A stretch of DNA of 64,000 nucleotides from Candidatus Zixiibacteriota bacterium (GCA_030615745.1 JAUWYR010000001.1:29959-93958), one strand, 5' to 3'; positions 52,400 to 62,695 are shown, counted from the first letter of the stretch. The notes: generated by a model not told the origin, from the sequence alone. Made by a program: numbers and translations.

Positions 52400-53584
52400 T
52401 TACCATATCACGTTCTTTAAAATTCTTAAAAGAAAAGGATTTTGTTTTAAGATAACTTTTACCAAACCAATTATATCTATTTTTTCCACTTTTTTGCTTC
52501 CGAAATAGTCTTTGAGAAATAGGACTATCGAGTCATAATCTGAGTCCGACATCTTTAAAAAAACTTTTCTACAGAATGAGAAAAATCTTAAGTATCTCCC
52601 CCTTTTTCCCATAAATTTTTTTTCATATTCTTTTAAATACTTTTGTGGATGGTTTTTTTTAATAAACTCACTTGTTACCTCACCAGCGATTTTACCAGAA
52701 AGTATAGCATTAGCTATTCCTGCTCCGGATAAAGGGTCAGCTAACCTGGCTGCATCCCCGACCAAAAGTAAATTATCTTTTACCAAAATACTTTTTCTCG
52801 AAAAGAATGGAACTCCTCCTGACATCATCTCGACTTTGCTGTATTTAGAAAATCTTTTCAGAATGAACGAGTCCAGAAAATCTTTGGCTTTTTTACCATC
52901 AGCTAAATTGGGAGTTATACCTAAACCGACATTAGCACAGTCTTTCCCTTTAGGAAAAATCCAGGCATACCCTCCCGGAGCTAATTTTTTTCCTACCCAG
53001 AACTCCACACAATCGGGCACAATTTCTATTCCTGCTAAAAGGTATTGGGCGCAGGAAGAAACTTGGTTTAATTCCAGAGTTGTATCAACTCCTGCAAATT
53101 TTGCAGTTTTGGATTCAATCCCATCAGCGCAGATTATCATCTTTGCTTTGTATTCAATTTCTTTTCCATCCTCTTTTACCTTGACTCCGTAAACTTTGTT
53201 TTTTTTATCCTTTAGTATTCCGACTACACAAGCATTTACATTCACCTCTGCCCCTTCAGAGGATGCTGAAATCGCCAAGTCTTTGTCAAATATCTTCCTT
53301 TCCAAAACCACAGCACAATCAGGATGAAAAAGGTTAAATCTGGTGCTTTCTGGGCTTACCAGAACTACCTTGTGGATAAGATTTGAGATCCACTTTGGGT
53401 TTAAATCAAAATGTTGGGAGAAGAAAAAAAGACTTACAGCTTCTGCACAACACAAAGGAGAGCCGACCACCGGAGCTTTTTCCAAAAGGAGAACGTTGAG
53501 CTTGTTTTTAGCCATTACCTTCGCGGCAGAGCACCCGGCAGGACCTGCTCCTACAACTATCGAGTCATAATCATCTTTTTTCAT
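52400..53584 (-). CDS. Geranylgeranyl reductase family flavoprotein (archaeal-DGGGPL-reductase-like)
   Basis: Start moved to ATG 53584. VVGAGPAGCSAA FAD fold, the PLCCAEAVS catalytic-Cys region and GDAARLADPLSGAGIANAILSG. Confidence 0.8.
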   Translation of the reverse strand: MKKDDYDSIVVGAGPAGCSAAKVMAKNKLNVLLLEKAPVVGSPLCCAEAVSLFFFSQHFDLNPKWISNLIHKVVLVSPESTRFNLFHPDCAVVLERKIFDKDLAISASSEGAEVNVNACVVGILKDKKNKVYGVKVKEDGKEIEYKAKMIICADGIESKTAKFAGVDTTLELNQVSSCAQYLLAGIEIVPDCVEFWVGKKLAPGGYAWIFPKGKDCANVGLGITPNLADGKKAKDFLDSFILKRFSKYSKVEMMSGGVPFFSRKSILVKDNLLLVGDAARLADPLSGAGIANAILSGKIAGEVTSEFIKKNHPQKYLKEYEKKFMGKRGRYLRFFSFCRKVFLKMSDSDYDSIVLFLKDYFGSKKVEKIDIIGLVKVILKQNPFLLRILKNVIW

Positions 53585-53750
53585 CTTGCTCCAATGCACC
53601 CATTGGACAAAACTTAACACATTTATCACACAAAATGCACAATTCTTTTTTAATCAAAAGGCTATTAGAAAAAAGCTCCAAGGCATCAGATTGACATAAT
53701 GCTACACAACCACCACATTTTAGACAGAGAGTTTTTTTCAACCTGAGCAT
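53571..53750 (-). CDS. 2x[4Fe-4S] ferredoxin (59 aa), not in the ORF track
   Basis: Hand translation: MLRLKKTLCLKCGGCVALCQSDALELFSNSLLIKKELCILCDKCVKFCPMGALEQDEKR*. Two CxxCxxCxxxC(P) motifs. It overlaps the reductase start by 14 nt. Confidence 0.7.
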   Translation of the reverse strand: MLRLKKTLCLKCGGCVALCQSDALELFSNSLLIKKELCILCDKCVKFCPMGALEQDEKR

Positions 53751-53961
53751 ATCGAAAAAAAATGCTGGAGTAATTTAACCCCAGCAGAAAAAATTTTCAA
53801 GTCTTTTTTTGAAATGCTTTCCATATTTATTGCCTTGATATAAGTCCAAGTTAAATTTTTAAGTCTTAAAGTAATATATTTTCCAAAATTAGCAAAAACT
53901 ATTTTAATTCATTGGTTTTTCATTATCTAAAAATTGGAAAAGGAATTGGAGAAGAATTGTG

Positions 53962-53989
53962 TTGACAATTTTTCTTAATTTGTTATTTT
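53962..53989 (+). promoter_or_regulatory. Possible nuo promoter TTGACA, 16 nt, TATTTT.
   Basis: Read directly. Confidence 0.3.
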
Positions 53990-54031
53990 TTTCACAAATT
54001 TTTTAAATGCTTTTTAAAATAGTTTTCACTT

Positions 54032-54388
54032 ATGTTCAAGACGTATTTTCCAATAGCTTTGCTTTTGATTTTGGTTTTGGGGATGGCTTTTGTGATTGTT
54101 CTTTTATCGAGGTTTTTAGGAAGAAGAATTCCTTCAAAGGATAAACTTTCAACTTATGAATGTGGGATCGAACCAACAGGGGATGCCCGAGGTAGATTTC
54201 CTGTTAAATTTTTCCTGATCGCCATTCTTTTCATCATCTTCGATATTGAGATTGTATTTTTATATCCCTGGGCAGTGGTTTTTAAAAAATTAAAAGTTTT
54301 TGGTTTAATTGAGATGGGTATTTTTCTTTTTATCCTTTTAATAGGATATTTTTATATCGTTAAAAAGGGAGCATTGAGATGGGAATAG
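54032..54388 (+). CDS. nuoA: NADH-quinone oxidoreductase subunit A
   Basis: 118 aa, 3 TM helices, YECG motif. Confidence 0.9.
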   Translation: MFKTYFPIALLLILVLGMAFVIVLLSRFLGRRIPSKDKLSTYECGIEPTGDARGRFPVKFFLIAILFIIFDIEIVFLYPWAVVFKKLKVFGLIEMGIFLFILLIGYFYIVKKGALRWE

Positions 54389-54855
54389 AGGAATATCTTA
54401 AACGGGGAATACTTTTTACCAATTTGGAGAAGATGGTTAACTGGTCTCGGAAGTCCTCTATGTGGCCTTTACTTTTTGGATTAGCCTGTTGTGCGGTGGA
54501 GATGATGTGCACATTTGCCTCGAGGTTTGATTTAGCAAGGTTCGGGATGGAAGTTTACCGCGCTTCTCCTCGTCAGGCTGATCTGATGATTGTTTCTGGA
54601 AGGGTTTCGACTAAGATGGCACCTGTTTTAAGAAAGCTTTACGACCAGATGCCTGAGCCAAAATGGGTTATCGCTATGGGCGCCTGTGCCTCTTCTGGAG
54701 GGGTTTTTAATAATTATGCTGTGGTGCAAGGGGTGGATAAAATAGTCCCGGTTGACATCTATATTCCCGGATGTCCTCCCCGACCTGAACAGCTAATTGA
54801 GGGAATTATGAAATTACACCAGAAGGTGATGAAAGAATCTTTGGTAAAAAAATAA
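54379..54855 (+). CDS. nuoB: NADH-quinone oxidoreductase subunit B
   Basis: 158 aa. N2-cluster ligands [20 protein letters not shown]. Confidence 0.92.
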   Translation: MGIEEYLKRGILFTNLEKMVNWSRKSSMWPLLFGLACCAVEMMCTFASRFDLARFGMEVYRASPRQADLMIVSGRVSTKMAPVLRKLYDQMPEPKWVIAMGACASSGGVFNNYAVVQGVDKIVPVDIYIPGCPPRPEQLIEGIMKLHQKVMKESLVKK

Positions 54856-54952
54856 AGGAGTGTGCGAAGTCTTTTGACCTTCGGCATCTTGATGATAAAG
54901 CTTTAACTTTACCAATTGAACAAACTTAAAAGTTTACAACCCAAAATTGCCC

Positions 54953-55453
54953 ATGGATAGCGTCACTTTAAAAAAACTTAAAGAAAAATTCTCGGATTTG
55001 ATACTGGAGGTAATTGAGTTTCGAGGTGAGCTCACATTTATAATAAAAAAAGAGGATTTGATTAAGGTCTGTCAATTCCTGAAATCCGACCCAGAACTAA
55101 AATATAATTTTCTCTCAGATGTTTGTGGGGTAGATTTTCCTCAAAAAGAGAAAAGGTTTGAAGTTGTTTATAATTTATATTCTGTTCCCAACAGATGGAG
55201 GGTCAGGCTCAAAGTTAGGGTAAGGGAGGGTGAATCTGTTCCCTCAGCAACCTCTGTTTGGAGCGCTGCTAATTGGATGGAGAGGGAGGTTTATGATATG
55301 TTCGGGGTCAAATTCGACAATCATCCGGACTTAAGAAGGATACTTATGCCCGATGACTGGATAGGTCACCCTTTGAGAAAGGATTTTCCCCTGACTAAAG
55401 AGGAGATAACCTTCGGTTATAACAAGGATGAAAAACCTGAGATTTTGGAGTAG
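54953..55453 (+). CDS. nuoC: NADH-quinone oxidoreductase subunit C
   Basis: ANWMEREVYDMFGVKFDNHPDLRRIL. ATG 54953 is preferred over the tracked TTG 54947. Confidence 0.88.
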   Translation: MDSVTLKKLKEKFSDLILEVIEFRGELTFIIKKEDLIKVCQFLKSDPELKYNFLSDVCGVDFPQKEKRFEVVYNLYSVPNRWRVRLKVRVREGESVPSATSVWSAANWMEREVYDMFGVKFDNHPDLRRILMPDDWIGHPLRKDFPLTKEEITFGYNKDEKPEILE

Positions 55454-56653
55454 ATGAAAACAAAACAATATGAAATTGAGCCAATCTCAGAGGATACCTT
55501 AATTGTAAATATGGGTCCTCAACACCCTGCTACACACGGAGTTTTAAGGGTCGTTGTGGAATTAGATGGTGAGACTGTGGTTAAGGCTACTCCGGTTATA
55601 GGGTATCTGCATACCGGTATCGAAAAAACCATGGAAAGCAAAACCTATTCTCAGGTGATTCCTTTGACCGACAGGATGGATTATGTTGCAAATCTATCCA
55701 ACAATTTAGGATATTGTCTGGCAGTGGAGAAACTCTTAGATATTGAGTCTCCTCCTAAAGCTCAATTCGTGAGAGTATTATTAACTGAGCTAACCAGAAT
55801 AGCAAGCCATTTGGTCTGGGTAGGTTCACACGCTCATGATATCGGTGTGGCAACTATGTTTTTATATGCTTTTAGGGAAAGGGAGCTCCTTTTAGATTTA
55901 TTTGAGCTGGTCTCCGGACAGAGGATGATGACCTCCTATTTCAGGATAGGAGGTTTGGCAAAAGATATTCCAGATGGTTTTGATTCAAAAGTAAAAGAGA
56001 TTTCGAGAGTTTTTCCTGAAAAAATCGACGATTATGAGTCCCTTTTAACTAAAAACAGGATATGGCTTATGAGGACAAAAGGTGTGGGAGTGATCTCAAA
56101 GGAGGATGCTTTAGATTGTGGCTTATCAGGACCTATTTTGAGAGGTTGCGGAGTGAGATGGGATTTGAGAAAATCAAATCCATATTCTGGTTATGAAAGA
56201 TTTGAATTCGATGTCCCAACAGGGACAAGTGGAGACATTTTCGACCGGTATTTGGTGAGAGTTAATGAGATGAGGCAGAGTTTAAGAATTGTCAAGCAGG
56301 CTCTGGAAGGAATCCCGGAAGGAGATTTCATAGCAAGAGTTCCCGGAGTAACCTTGCCTCCAAAAGAGGAGGTCTTCGAGAGTATGGAGGCTTTGATCTT
56401 TCATTTCAAGACTATCGTAGATGGTTTCTGTGCACCAAGAGGAGAGGTTTACCATTCGATTGAATCGCCAAAAGGTGAATTAGGCTTTTATATAGTTTCA
56501 GATGGGACACCCAAGCCCTATCGGGTGAAGGTGAGACCTCCGTGTTTTGTTAATTTAAGTGCTTTAAATAAGTTAGTTTCTGGAAGGCTTCTTGCTGATA
56601 TGGTTGCAACGATCGGGAGTATTGATATTGTCTTAGGAGAGATTGATAGGTGA
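55454..56653 (+). CDS. nuoD: NADH-quinone oxidoreductase subunit D
   Basis: 399 aa. NMGPQHPATHGVLR, ...IDIVLGEIDR C-terminus. Confidence 0.93.
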   Translation: MKTKQYEIEPISEDTLIVNMGPQHPATHGVLRVVVELDGETVVKATPVIGYLHTGIEKTMESKTYSQVIPLTDRMDYVANLSNNLGYCLAVEKLLDIESPPKAQFVRVLLTELTRIASHLVWVGSHAHDIGVATMFLYAFRERELLLDLFELVSGQRMMTSYFRIGGLAKDIPDGFDSKVKEISRVFPEKIDDYESLLTKNRIWLMRTKGVGVISKEDALDCGLSGPILRGCGVRWDLRKSNPYSGYERFEFDVPTGTSGDIFDRYLVRVNEMRQSLRIVKQALEGIPEGDFIARVPGVTLPPKEEVFESMEALIFHFKTIVDGFCAPRGEVYHSIESPKGELGFYIVSDGTPKPYRVKVRPPCFVNLSALNKLVSGRLLADMVATIGSIDIVLGEIDR

Positions 56654-56658
56654 GAAAA

Positions 56659-56763
56659 CGGTAAACGGTAAACAGTAGACAGAAAACAGTAAACGGAAAA
56701 CAGTAAACGGTAAACAGTAAGCAGAAAACTGTAAACGGAAAACGGTAAACAGTAAACAGAAAT
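56659..56763 (+). repeat. Heptamer tandem array of 15 units CRGTARR that fills the nuoD-nuoE spacer.
   Basis: cggtaaa cggtaaa cagtaga cagaaaa cagtaaa cggaaaa cagtaaa cggtaaa cagtaag cagaaaa ctgtaaa cggaaaa cggtaaa cagtaaa cagaaat. It starts 6 nt after the nuoD stop and ends 5 nt before the nuoE ATG. Confidence 0.9.
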
Positions 56764-56768
56764 AAATA

Positions 56769-57245
56769 ATGATTTCGAAAAAGATAAAAGGTCGGATCGT
56801 TGAATTGAAGGAAAAGTTTCCACAGAGGAAATCTGCTATTTTACCAGCTCTGCATTTGGTTTTAAAGGAGAAAAATTATGTGGAAAAAGAAAGCCTAAAA
56901 GAGATTGCCGGGCTTTTGGAATTGCCACCAATTGAGGTTTTCGAGACTGCATCATTTTACACAATGTTTCCTCAAAAAAAAGTTGGCAAATATCATATTC
57001 AAGTTTGCACTAATTTGTCTTGTTCTCTTCTTGGAGCAGAGGAATTAGTCAAATATCTTGAAGAAAAGTTGAAGATAAAGGTAGGAGAGACCACACCTAA
57101 CGGGATGTTCACTTTAAGCACAGTTGAATGTTTAGGCTCCTGCGGAACCGCACCTATGATGCAGATTAATGAAGATTATTATGAGAACTTAACAAAAGAA
57201 AAAGTAGACAGAATACTTGATGATCTGTTAAAAAAACAAATCTAA
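56769..57245 (+). CDS. nuoE: NADH-quinone oxidoreductase subunit E
   Basis: 158 aa. [2Fe-2S] ligands C-x4-C ... C-x3-C (VCTNLSC ... CLGSCGTAP). Confidence 0.9.
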   Translation: MISKKIKGRIVELKEKFPQRKSAILPALHLVLKEKNYVEKESLKEIAGLLELPPIEVFETASFYTMFPQKKVGKYHIQVCTNLSCSLLGAEELVKYLEEKLKIKVGETTPNGMFTLSTVECLGSCGTAPMMQINEDYYENLTKEKVDRILDDLLKKQI

Positions 57246-57288
57246 CTATAGAGACGGTTCAAAATACCTGTCCCTGCTATAATCAAAT

Positions 57289-58569
57289 ATGGAGAAGATA
57301 TTATTTAAACACATCGATTTTCCTGAGCAATACAAAATCGATGTTTATATAAAAAATGGCGGTTATATTGCTCTATCTAAAGCATTAAAAGAATTTACTC
57401 CGGATGATTTAATTGAGATGGTCAAAAAATCCAATCTGAGGGGAAGAGGAGGAGCTGGATTTCCCACCGGGGTTAAATGGGGATTTGTGCCCAAGGATTC
57501 TCCAAAGGCAAAATATCTAATCTGCAATGCAGATGAGGGGGAGCCCGGGACTTTTAAGGATAGGTGGCTTTTAGAAAAAGACCCTCATCAACTTTTGGAA
57601 GGTATTATTATCTCAAGCTACGCCACAGGAGCACATCTTTGTTTTATCTATATTCGAGGAGAGTTTTCCTTTGGAGCAAAAAGACTTAAAGGTGCGATTG
57701 AAGAGGCTTACCAAAAGGGATTTTTAGGTAAAAATATATTGGGCACCGGTTTTGATCTGGATATAATCTTATATCGAGGTGGTGGGGCTTATATCTGCGG
57801 AGAGGAGACATCCTTAATGAACTCGATCCAGGGAGAAAGAGGTCTAACCAGGCTGAAGCCTCCTTTTCCTACTTCTGCGGGTGTTTATGAGTGTCCCACT
57901 GTAATAAACAATGTGGAGACATTATCCAATATCCCACATATCGTTTTGAATGGTCCGGAATGGTTTTCCAGCATTGGAACACCGACATCTCCAGGACCCA
58001 AGATATATTCTGTTTCAGGGCATGTTAAAAAACCCGGAAATTATGAGCTTCCCATGGGAACTACTTTAAAAGAGATCATTTATGAGCATGCTGGCGGAAT
58101 AAAAGATAACAAAAATTTGAAAGCGGTCATCCCGGGTGGAATATCAACCCCGGTTCTGACCCCGGATAAGCTCTTTGCTAAGATGGATTTTGACTCGATG
58201 TGCGATGTGGGGTCGATGTTGGGAAGTGGTGCGGTGATTGTGATGGATGAGACAACCTGCATGGTGAAATCAGCACAGAGGATGGTTAAATTTTTTGAAC
58301 ATGAATCCTGTGGAAAGTGCACTCCTTGTAGAGAGGGAACCTATTGGCTTTCGAGAATACTCGAAAGGATTGAAAATGGAGGTGGAGAAGAAGGGGATAT
58401 CCAACTTCTTCTGGATATCTGTGATAATATCTGTGGAAAAACTTTATGCCCTATGGGTGATGGTGCAATTATTCCGGTTTTAAGCACTATCGAAAACTTC
58501 AGAGAGGAATACGAGTACCATATCAAAAACAAAAAATGCATGGTAACTCCTGTGAGAAGGTTTGATTAA
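57289..58569 (+). CDS. nuoF: NADH-quinone oxidoreductase subunit F
   Basis: 426 aa. GRGGAGFPTG FMN site; ESCGKCTPCREG N3 cluster. Confidence 0.93.
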   Translation: MEKILFKHIDFPEQYKIDVYIKNGGYIALSKALKEFTPDDLIEMVKKSNLRGRGGAGFPTGVKWGFVPKDSPKAKYLICNADEGEPGTFKDRWLLEKDPHQLLEGIIISSYATGAHLCFIYIRGEFSFGAKRLKGAIEEAYQKGFLGKNILGTGFDLDIILYRGGGAYICGEETSLMNSIQGERGLTRLKPPFPTSAGVYECPTVINNVETLSNIPHIVLNGPEWFSSIGTPTSPGPKIYSVSGHVKKPGNYELPMGTTLKEIIYEHAGGIKDNKNLKAVIPGGISTPVLTPDKLFAKMDFDSMCDVGSMLGSGAVIVMDETTCMVKSAQRMVKFFEHESCGKCTPCREGTYWLSRILERIENGGGEEGDIQLLLDICDNICGKTLCPMGDGAIIPVLSTIENFREEYEYHIKNKKCMVTPVRRFD

Positions 58570-58572
58570 AAG

Positions 58573-61164
58573 ATGAAGATAACAATTGATAACAAAGAAG
58601 TTGAGGTAGACCCTGGCACTACCATATTAGAGACGGCAAAAAAAGCAGGGATTGAAATCCCTACTTTTTGCTGGCATGAGAAGTTGGATGTTTATGGAGG
58701 ATGCAGGCTGTGTCTGGTAGAAGTTGACGATCTGCCCAAATTACAGCTTGCCTGCGCAACCTATGTTTGCGATGGTATGAGGGTGAAGACCAATTCACCT
58801 AAGGTGATTAAGGCAAGAAAAGGGAATTTGGAGTTTTTGTTGATAAATCATCCCTTGGATTGCCCCACCTGTGATAAGGCTGGTGAATGTGAGCTTCAGG
58901 ATTACGTTTTCAAATATGGCTCGGATAAAAAAAGATTTAAAGAGAAAAAGAGAAGATTTATAGTTGATAGGTCCCAGACATTTGATGATTTAAAAATTGG
59001 TCCCCAGATAATAAGGAATCAGAATCGATGCATTATTTGTGCGAGGTGTATAAGGTTTATAAAAGATATTGCAGGAGAAGATGAACTTGGAGATTTTAAC
59101 AAGGGATACAGATCTGAGATAAATTCTTTGCCTGAAATACCCATTGCCAATCAATATGCAGGGAATGTTGTTGAGCTCTGCCCGGTTGGAGCTTTAACCT
59201 CAAAAGCTTTCAGATACAAGATCAGGGTCTGGCTTACTAAAAAAATTGAGAGTGTCTGTCCTTTTTGCGGTGATGGATGTAATCTTTTCTTGTGGGTTAA
59301 GGATAATAGGATTTACAGAGTTACATCGAGAAGAAATGATAAAATAGATGAAGGTTTTTTGTGCGATAGGGGGAGATTCGGATATGATTTTGTCAATCAT
59401 CCGGATAGGTTGAAAACTCCCTTGTTAAAAGAAAACAATGATTTTATCCCAGTTAGCTGGGAGGAGGCATTTGAGACAATAGCAAAGAGATTTGAGAAGA
59501 TAAAAAAAGATTATGGACCAGATTTTTTAGCTGGTGTAGGCTCACCTAAATTAGCCAATGAGGATAATTATATTTTCCAGAAGTTTTTCAGAACTGTTAT
59601 TGGAACAAATAATATTGACCATCGAGTGAATATTAAAAATCCCTTGCCCGGCTCTGATTTTAAAGATTATAAGAATTTCTTTGGAATGAGCGACTCGATT
59701 GAGGATTTGGAGAACTCTGATTTGATTTTCATCTTAGGTTGCGATATGAATTTGGAACATCCAATAATCGCTTTAAGAATCAGAAAAACACAGAGAAAAA
59801 ATGGCACTTTTGTTATTTTAGCGAATCCAAAAAGGACTAAACTGAAAAATATTGCTACCTATGAGCTTTTGTATAAATATGGAACTGAGGTGGCTTTTTT
59901 AAACGGGATTTTGAATCAGATAATTGATGAAAAGCTTTATAGAATAGAAGAAAATAAAATAAGAGAATTGAAAGATTGGGTCAAAGAATATGATTTGGAT
60001 AAAGTGAGTGATATTACTGGAGTACCTGCTGAGAAGATAAAAACAGTGGCTAAATTTATTTCTCAAAAAGAAAGAGTGATTTTCCTTCTTGGCAGGGAGA
60101 TAATTCTGCATCATCAAACTCAGGATGTTGTTGATTCGGTAAATAATTTAATTCTTCTTTTAGGGAATGGGAGAAAAGGCAGTTTGAATCTTTTATGGGA
60201 ATATAATAATTCTTGCGGAGCTTTAGATATAGGAATTTTGCCTGATAGACTCCCTGGTTATTTGCCTGTAAATGATTTGGAATCCAAAAAAAGATTTGAA
60301 AATTTCTGGAAAGAAAAATTGTCTGAAAAGCCTGGCAAAAGTTTTAATAAGATGCTTGAAGCTATACTTCAGGGCAGTTTAAAAGCTATGTATATAATGG
60401 GTTCTGACCCTGTAAGAGAGTTTCCTGATAGGAATTTTGGCTTGAAAGCTTTGAAGAAACTCGATTTTTTAGTGGTTCAGGATATTTTCTTAACTGAAAC
60501 CGCTAAAATAGCAGATGTAGTCCTACCAGGTGCATCTTTTGCTGAAAAGGATGGGACTTTTACCAACTGTGAAAGAAGGGTTCAAAAGTTAAAAAGAGGA
60601 TTTAAGCCTCTTTATGACTCAAAAGCTGATTGGGAGATAATCTGTGAATTAGCGAATTATTGGGGATCCGATTTCGATTACCCTCAGGCAAAAGATATAA
60701 CTTCTGAGATAGCGGAAGTCGTTCCAATTTACTCAGGCTTCAAGTGCGAACAAATAGATGAAAATAGAAAACGATTAGATTTGAGTTTTGAGAAAGAGAA
60801 AGTGAGATTTAAAAGAGCAGATTATAAAAAAATACCGGATGATAAGGAGTATCCGTTTGTTTTGATAACTGGAAATACTTATTATCATTTTGGAACATTG
60901 ACTCAAAAAGGAGAAAACTTAAATTCGATCGTTTCTGAAGGATTCTGTGAAATCAACCCTGAGGATGCAAAAAATCTCGATATTTTTGATGGAGATTTAA
61001 TTAAATTGGAGTCTTTATCCGGAAAAATTGAGATTAAGGCAAAGCTTAAGGGAAATATTCAAAAGGGGACGGTTTTTGTTCCCATAAACTTCGAAAAGAT
61101 AAGATATAATCTTCTAATGGATAAGGATAAGTTAGTTGATAGAGTTAGAATAAGAAAATCATGA
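58573..61164 (+). CDS. nuoG: NADH-quinone oxidoreductase subunit G (long form with a molybdopterin-oxidoreductase-like domain)
   Basis: 863 aa. N-terminal [2Fe-2S] and [4Fe-4S] Cys motifs (CRLC, HPLDCPTCDKAGEC, CIICARC). Confidence 0.9.
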   Translation: MKITIDNKEVEVDPGTTILETAKKAGIEIPTFCWHEKLDVYGGCRLCLVEVDDLPKLQLACATYVCDGMRVKTNSPKVIKARKGNLEFLLINHPLDCPTCDKAGECELQDYVFKYGSDKKRFKEKKRRFIVDRSQTFDDLKIGPQIIRNQNRCIICARCIRFIKDIAGEDELGDFNKGYRSEINSLPEIPIANQYAGNVVELCPVGALTSKAFRYKIRVWLTKKIESVCPFCGDGCNLFLWVKDNRIYRVTSRRNDKIDEGFLCDRGRFGYDFVNHPDRLKTPLLKENNDFIPVSWEEAFETIAKRFEKIKKDYGPDFLAGVGSPKLANEDNYIFQKFFRTVIGTNNIDHRVNIKNPLPGSDFKDYKNFFGMSDSIEDLENSDLIFILGCDMNLEHPIIALRIRKTQRKNGTFVILANPKRTKLKNIATYELLYKYGTEVAFLNGILNQIIDEKLYRIEENKIRELKDWVKEYDLDKVSDITGVPAEKIKTVAKFISQKERVIFLLGREIILHHQTQDVVDSVNNLILLLGNGRKGSLNLLWEYNNSCGALDIGILPDRLPGYLPVNDLESKKRFENFWKEKLSEKPGKSFNKMLEAILQGSLKAMYIMGSDPVREFPDRNFGLKALKKLDFLVVQDIFLTETAKIADVVLPGASFAEKDGTFTNCERRVQKLKRGFKPLYDSKADWEIICELANYWGSDFDYPQAKDITSEIAEVVPIYSGFKCEQIDENRKRLDLSFEKEKVRFKRADYKKIPDDKEYPFVLITGNTYYHFGTLTQKGENLNSIVSEGFCEINPEDAKNLDIFDGDLIKLESLSGKIEIKAKLKGNIQKGTVFVPINFEKIRYNLLMDKDKLVDRVRIRKS

Positions 61165-61254
61165 ATGATAGAGCTGGACATTTAGTCCAACTTTTAAGCG
61201 GAGCTAAAAGCTCTGCCTATCAAAGGTTGAACATATAGAGAGTATCTTGATTTT

Positions 61255-62238
61255 ATGCTGACTGTTGTAATCATAGCTTTGATCAAAGTGGCTGTGGTTC
61301 TTGTCGTTTTGCTTTTGATGATAGCCTATCTCACCTGGCTTGAGAGAAAGCTTTTAGCTCATTTTCAGGTGCGGTTAGGTCCAATGAGAGTGGGACCTCA
61401 TGGGCTTTTGCAACCTATTGCAGATGGACTGAAGCTTTTATTCAAGGAGGATGTTACACCATCTGGTGTTAACAAAGTGATCTACACTTTAGCTCCGATC
61501 CTCTCATTTGTTCCAGCTTTTATGGTTTTCGCTGTTATTCCGTTTGGAGATAAAATATTCCTTTTCGGACGCTCCATCGATTTAGTTATATCAGATTTCA
61601 ATATGGGTATTTTATACATCTTTGCTGTTGCCTCCTTAGGGGTGTATGGCATAGTTTTAGCTGGATGGTCTTCGAACAATAAATACTCTCTTTTAGGTGG
61701 ACTTCGCTCCTCTGCGCAGATGGTAAGCTATGAGGTTTCTTTGGGTCTATCTGTAATTGGGGTTTTGATGTTATCTGAGAGTTTAAGCCTTGTGGATATA
61801 GTAAGATCACAGGACACAATCTTCAACTGGTATATCTTTCGTCAGCCCTTAGGTTTTATAATCTTTTTAATCTGCGCCATAGCAGAGACCAATCGTTTGC
61901 CCTTCGACCTTCCAGAGGCGGATAATGAGCTGGTAGCTGGATATTATACTGAGTATTCGAGCATGAAGTTCGCAATGTTTTACTTAGGTGAGTATGCTAA
62001 TATGATCAATGCCTCAGCTATTGCCACCACCCTGTTTTTAGGAGGATGGCAGGGACCCTGGTTACCACCGGTGGTATGGTTTTTCTTGAAACTTTTTACT
62101 TTTCTTTTCCTTTTCATCTGGTTAAGAGCAACCTTACCCAGATTTCGATATGACCAGCTGATGAGATTCGGCTGGGGTATTTTATTGCCTTTAGCCCTTT
62201 TAAATATTTTCATCACCGGAATTGTCATGGTCTGGTGA
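61255..62238 (+). CDS. nuoH: NADH-quinone oxidoreductase subunit H
   Basis: 327 aa. [21 protein letters not shown]. Confidence 0.92.
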   Translation: MLTVVIIALIKVAVVLVVLLLMIAYLTWLERKLLAHFQVRLGPMRVGPHGLLQPIADGLKLLFKEDVTPSGVNKVIYTLAPILSFVPAFMVFAVIPFGDKIFLFGRSIDLVISDFNMGILYIFAVASLGVYGIVLAGWSSNNKYSLLGGLRSSAQMVSYEVSLGLSVIGVLMLSESLSLVDIVRSQDTIFNWYIFRQPLGFIIFLICAIAETNRLPFDLPEADNELVAGYYTEYSSMKFAMFYLGEYANMINASAIATTLFLGGWQGPWLPPVVWFFLKLFTFLFLFIWLRATLPRFRYDQLMRFGWGILLPLALLNIFITGIVMVW

Positions 62239-62257
62239 TTCGAAGAATGTTTCGCAT

Positions 62258-62695
62258 ATGTTTAGATATTTAAACACAATATTTGCCATACCCAAAGGGT
62301 TGTGGGTCACTTTCAAACACCTGTTCAAAAAAACTGTTACCTTGAGGTATCCTGATGTTAAAAGAGAAACACCAGAAAGGTATCGGGGTCTTCACTATCT
62401 TTTAAGGGACGAGAATGGAAAAGAGAAGTGCGTTTGTTGTGGTCTGTGTGCATTAGCTTGTCCATCTGGATGTATATATATGGAGCCAGAAGAAAATGAA
62501 AGAGGAGAAAGATACGCAAAAGTTTATGAGATAAATGAATTAAGGTGCATTTTTTGTGGTTTTTGTGAGGAAGCCTGCCCGGTTGGCGCGATATTTTTAG
62601 GTAAAGAATATGAATTCTCAAAAGATAAAAGGGAGAAGTTTATCTATACCAAAGAGGATTTGTTAGTTCCCTTTCTACAAAATGTGAAAAAATAG
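62258..62695 (+). CDS. nuoI: NADH-quinone oxidoreductase subunit I
   Basis: Two CxxCxxCxxxCP motifs. ATG 62258 is preferred over the tracked TTG 62222. Confidence 0.88.
   Translation: MFRYLNTIFAIPKGLWVTFKHLFKKTVTLRYPDVKRETPERYRGLHYLLRDENGKEKCVCCGLCALACPSGCIYMEPEENERGERYAKVYEINELRCIFCGFCEEACPVGAIFLGKEYEFSKDKREKFIYTKEDLLVPFLQNVKK

Noticed and set aside
56518-56823. Tracked ORFs that read through the heptamer arrays: 56518-56823 (-), 3122-3331 (-), 15551-15775 (+), 15646-15864 (+). They give peptides such as VYCLPFSVYSFLLTVYRLLFSVY.
   Set aside because: The translations are periodic artefacts of the 7-nt repeat, antisense to or overlapping real genes, and have no RBS.
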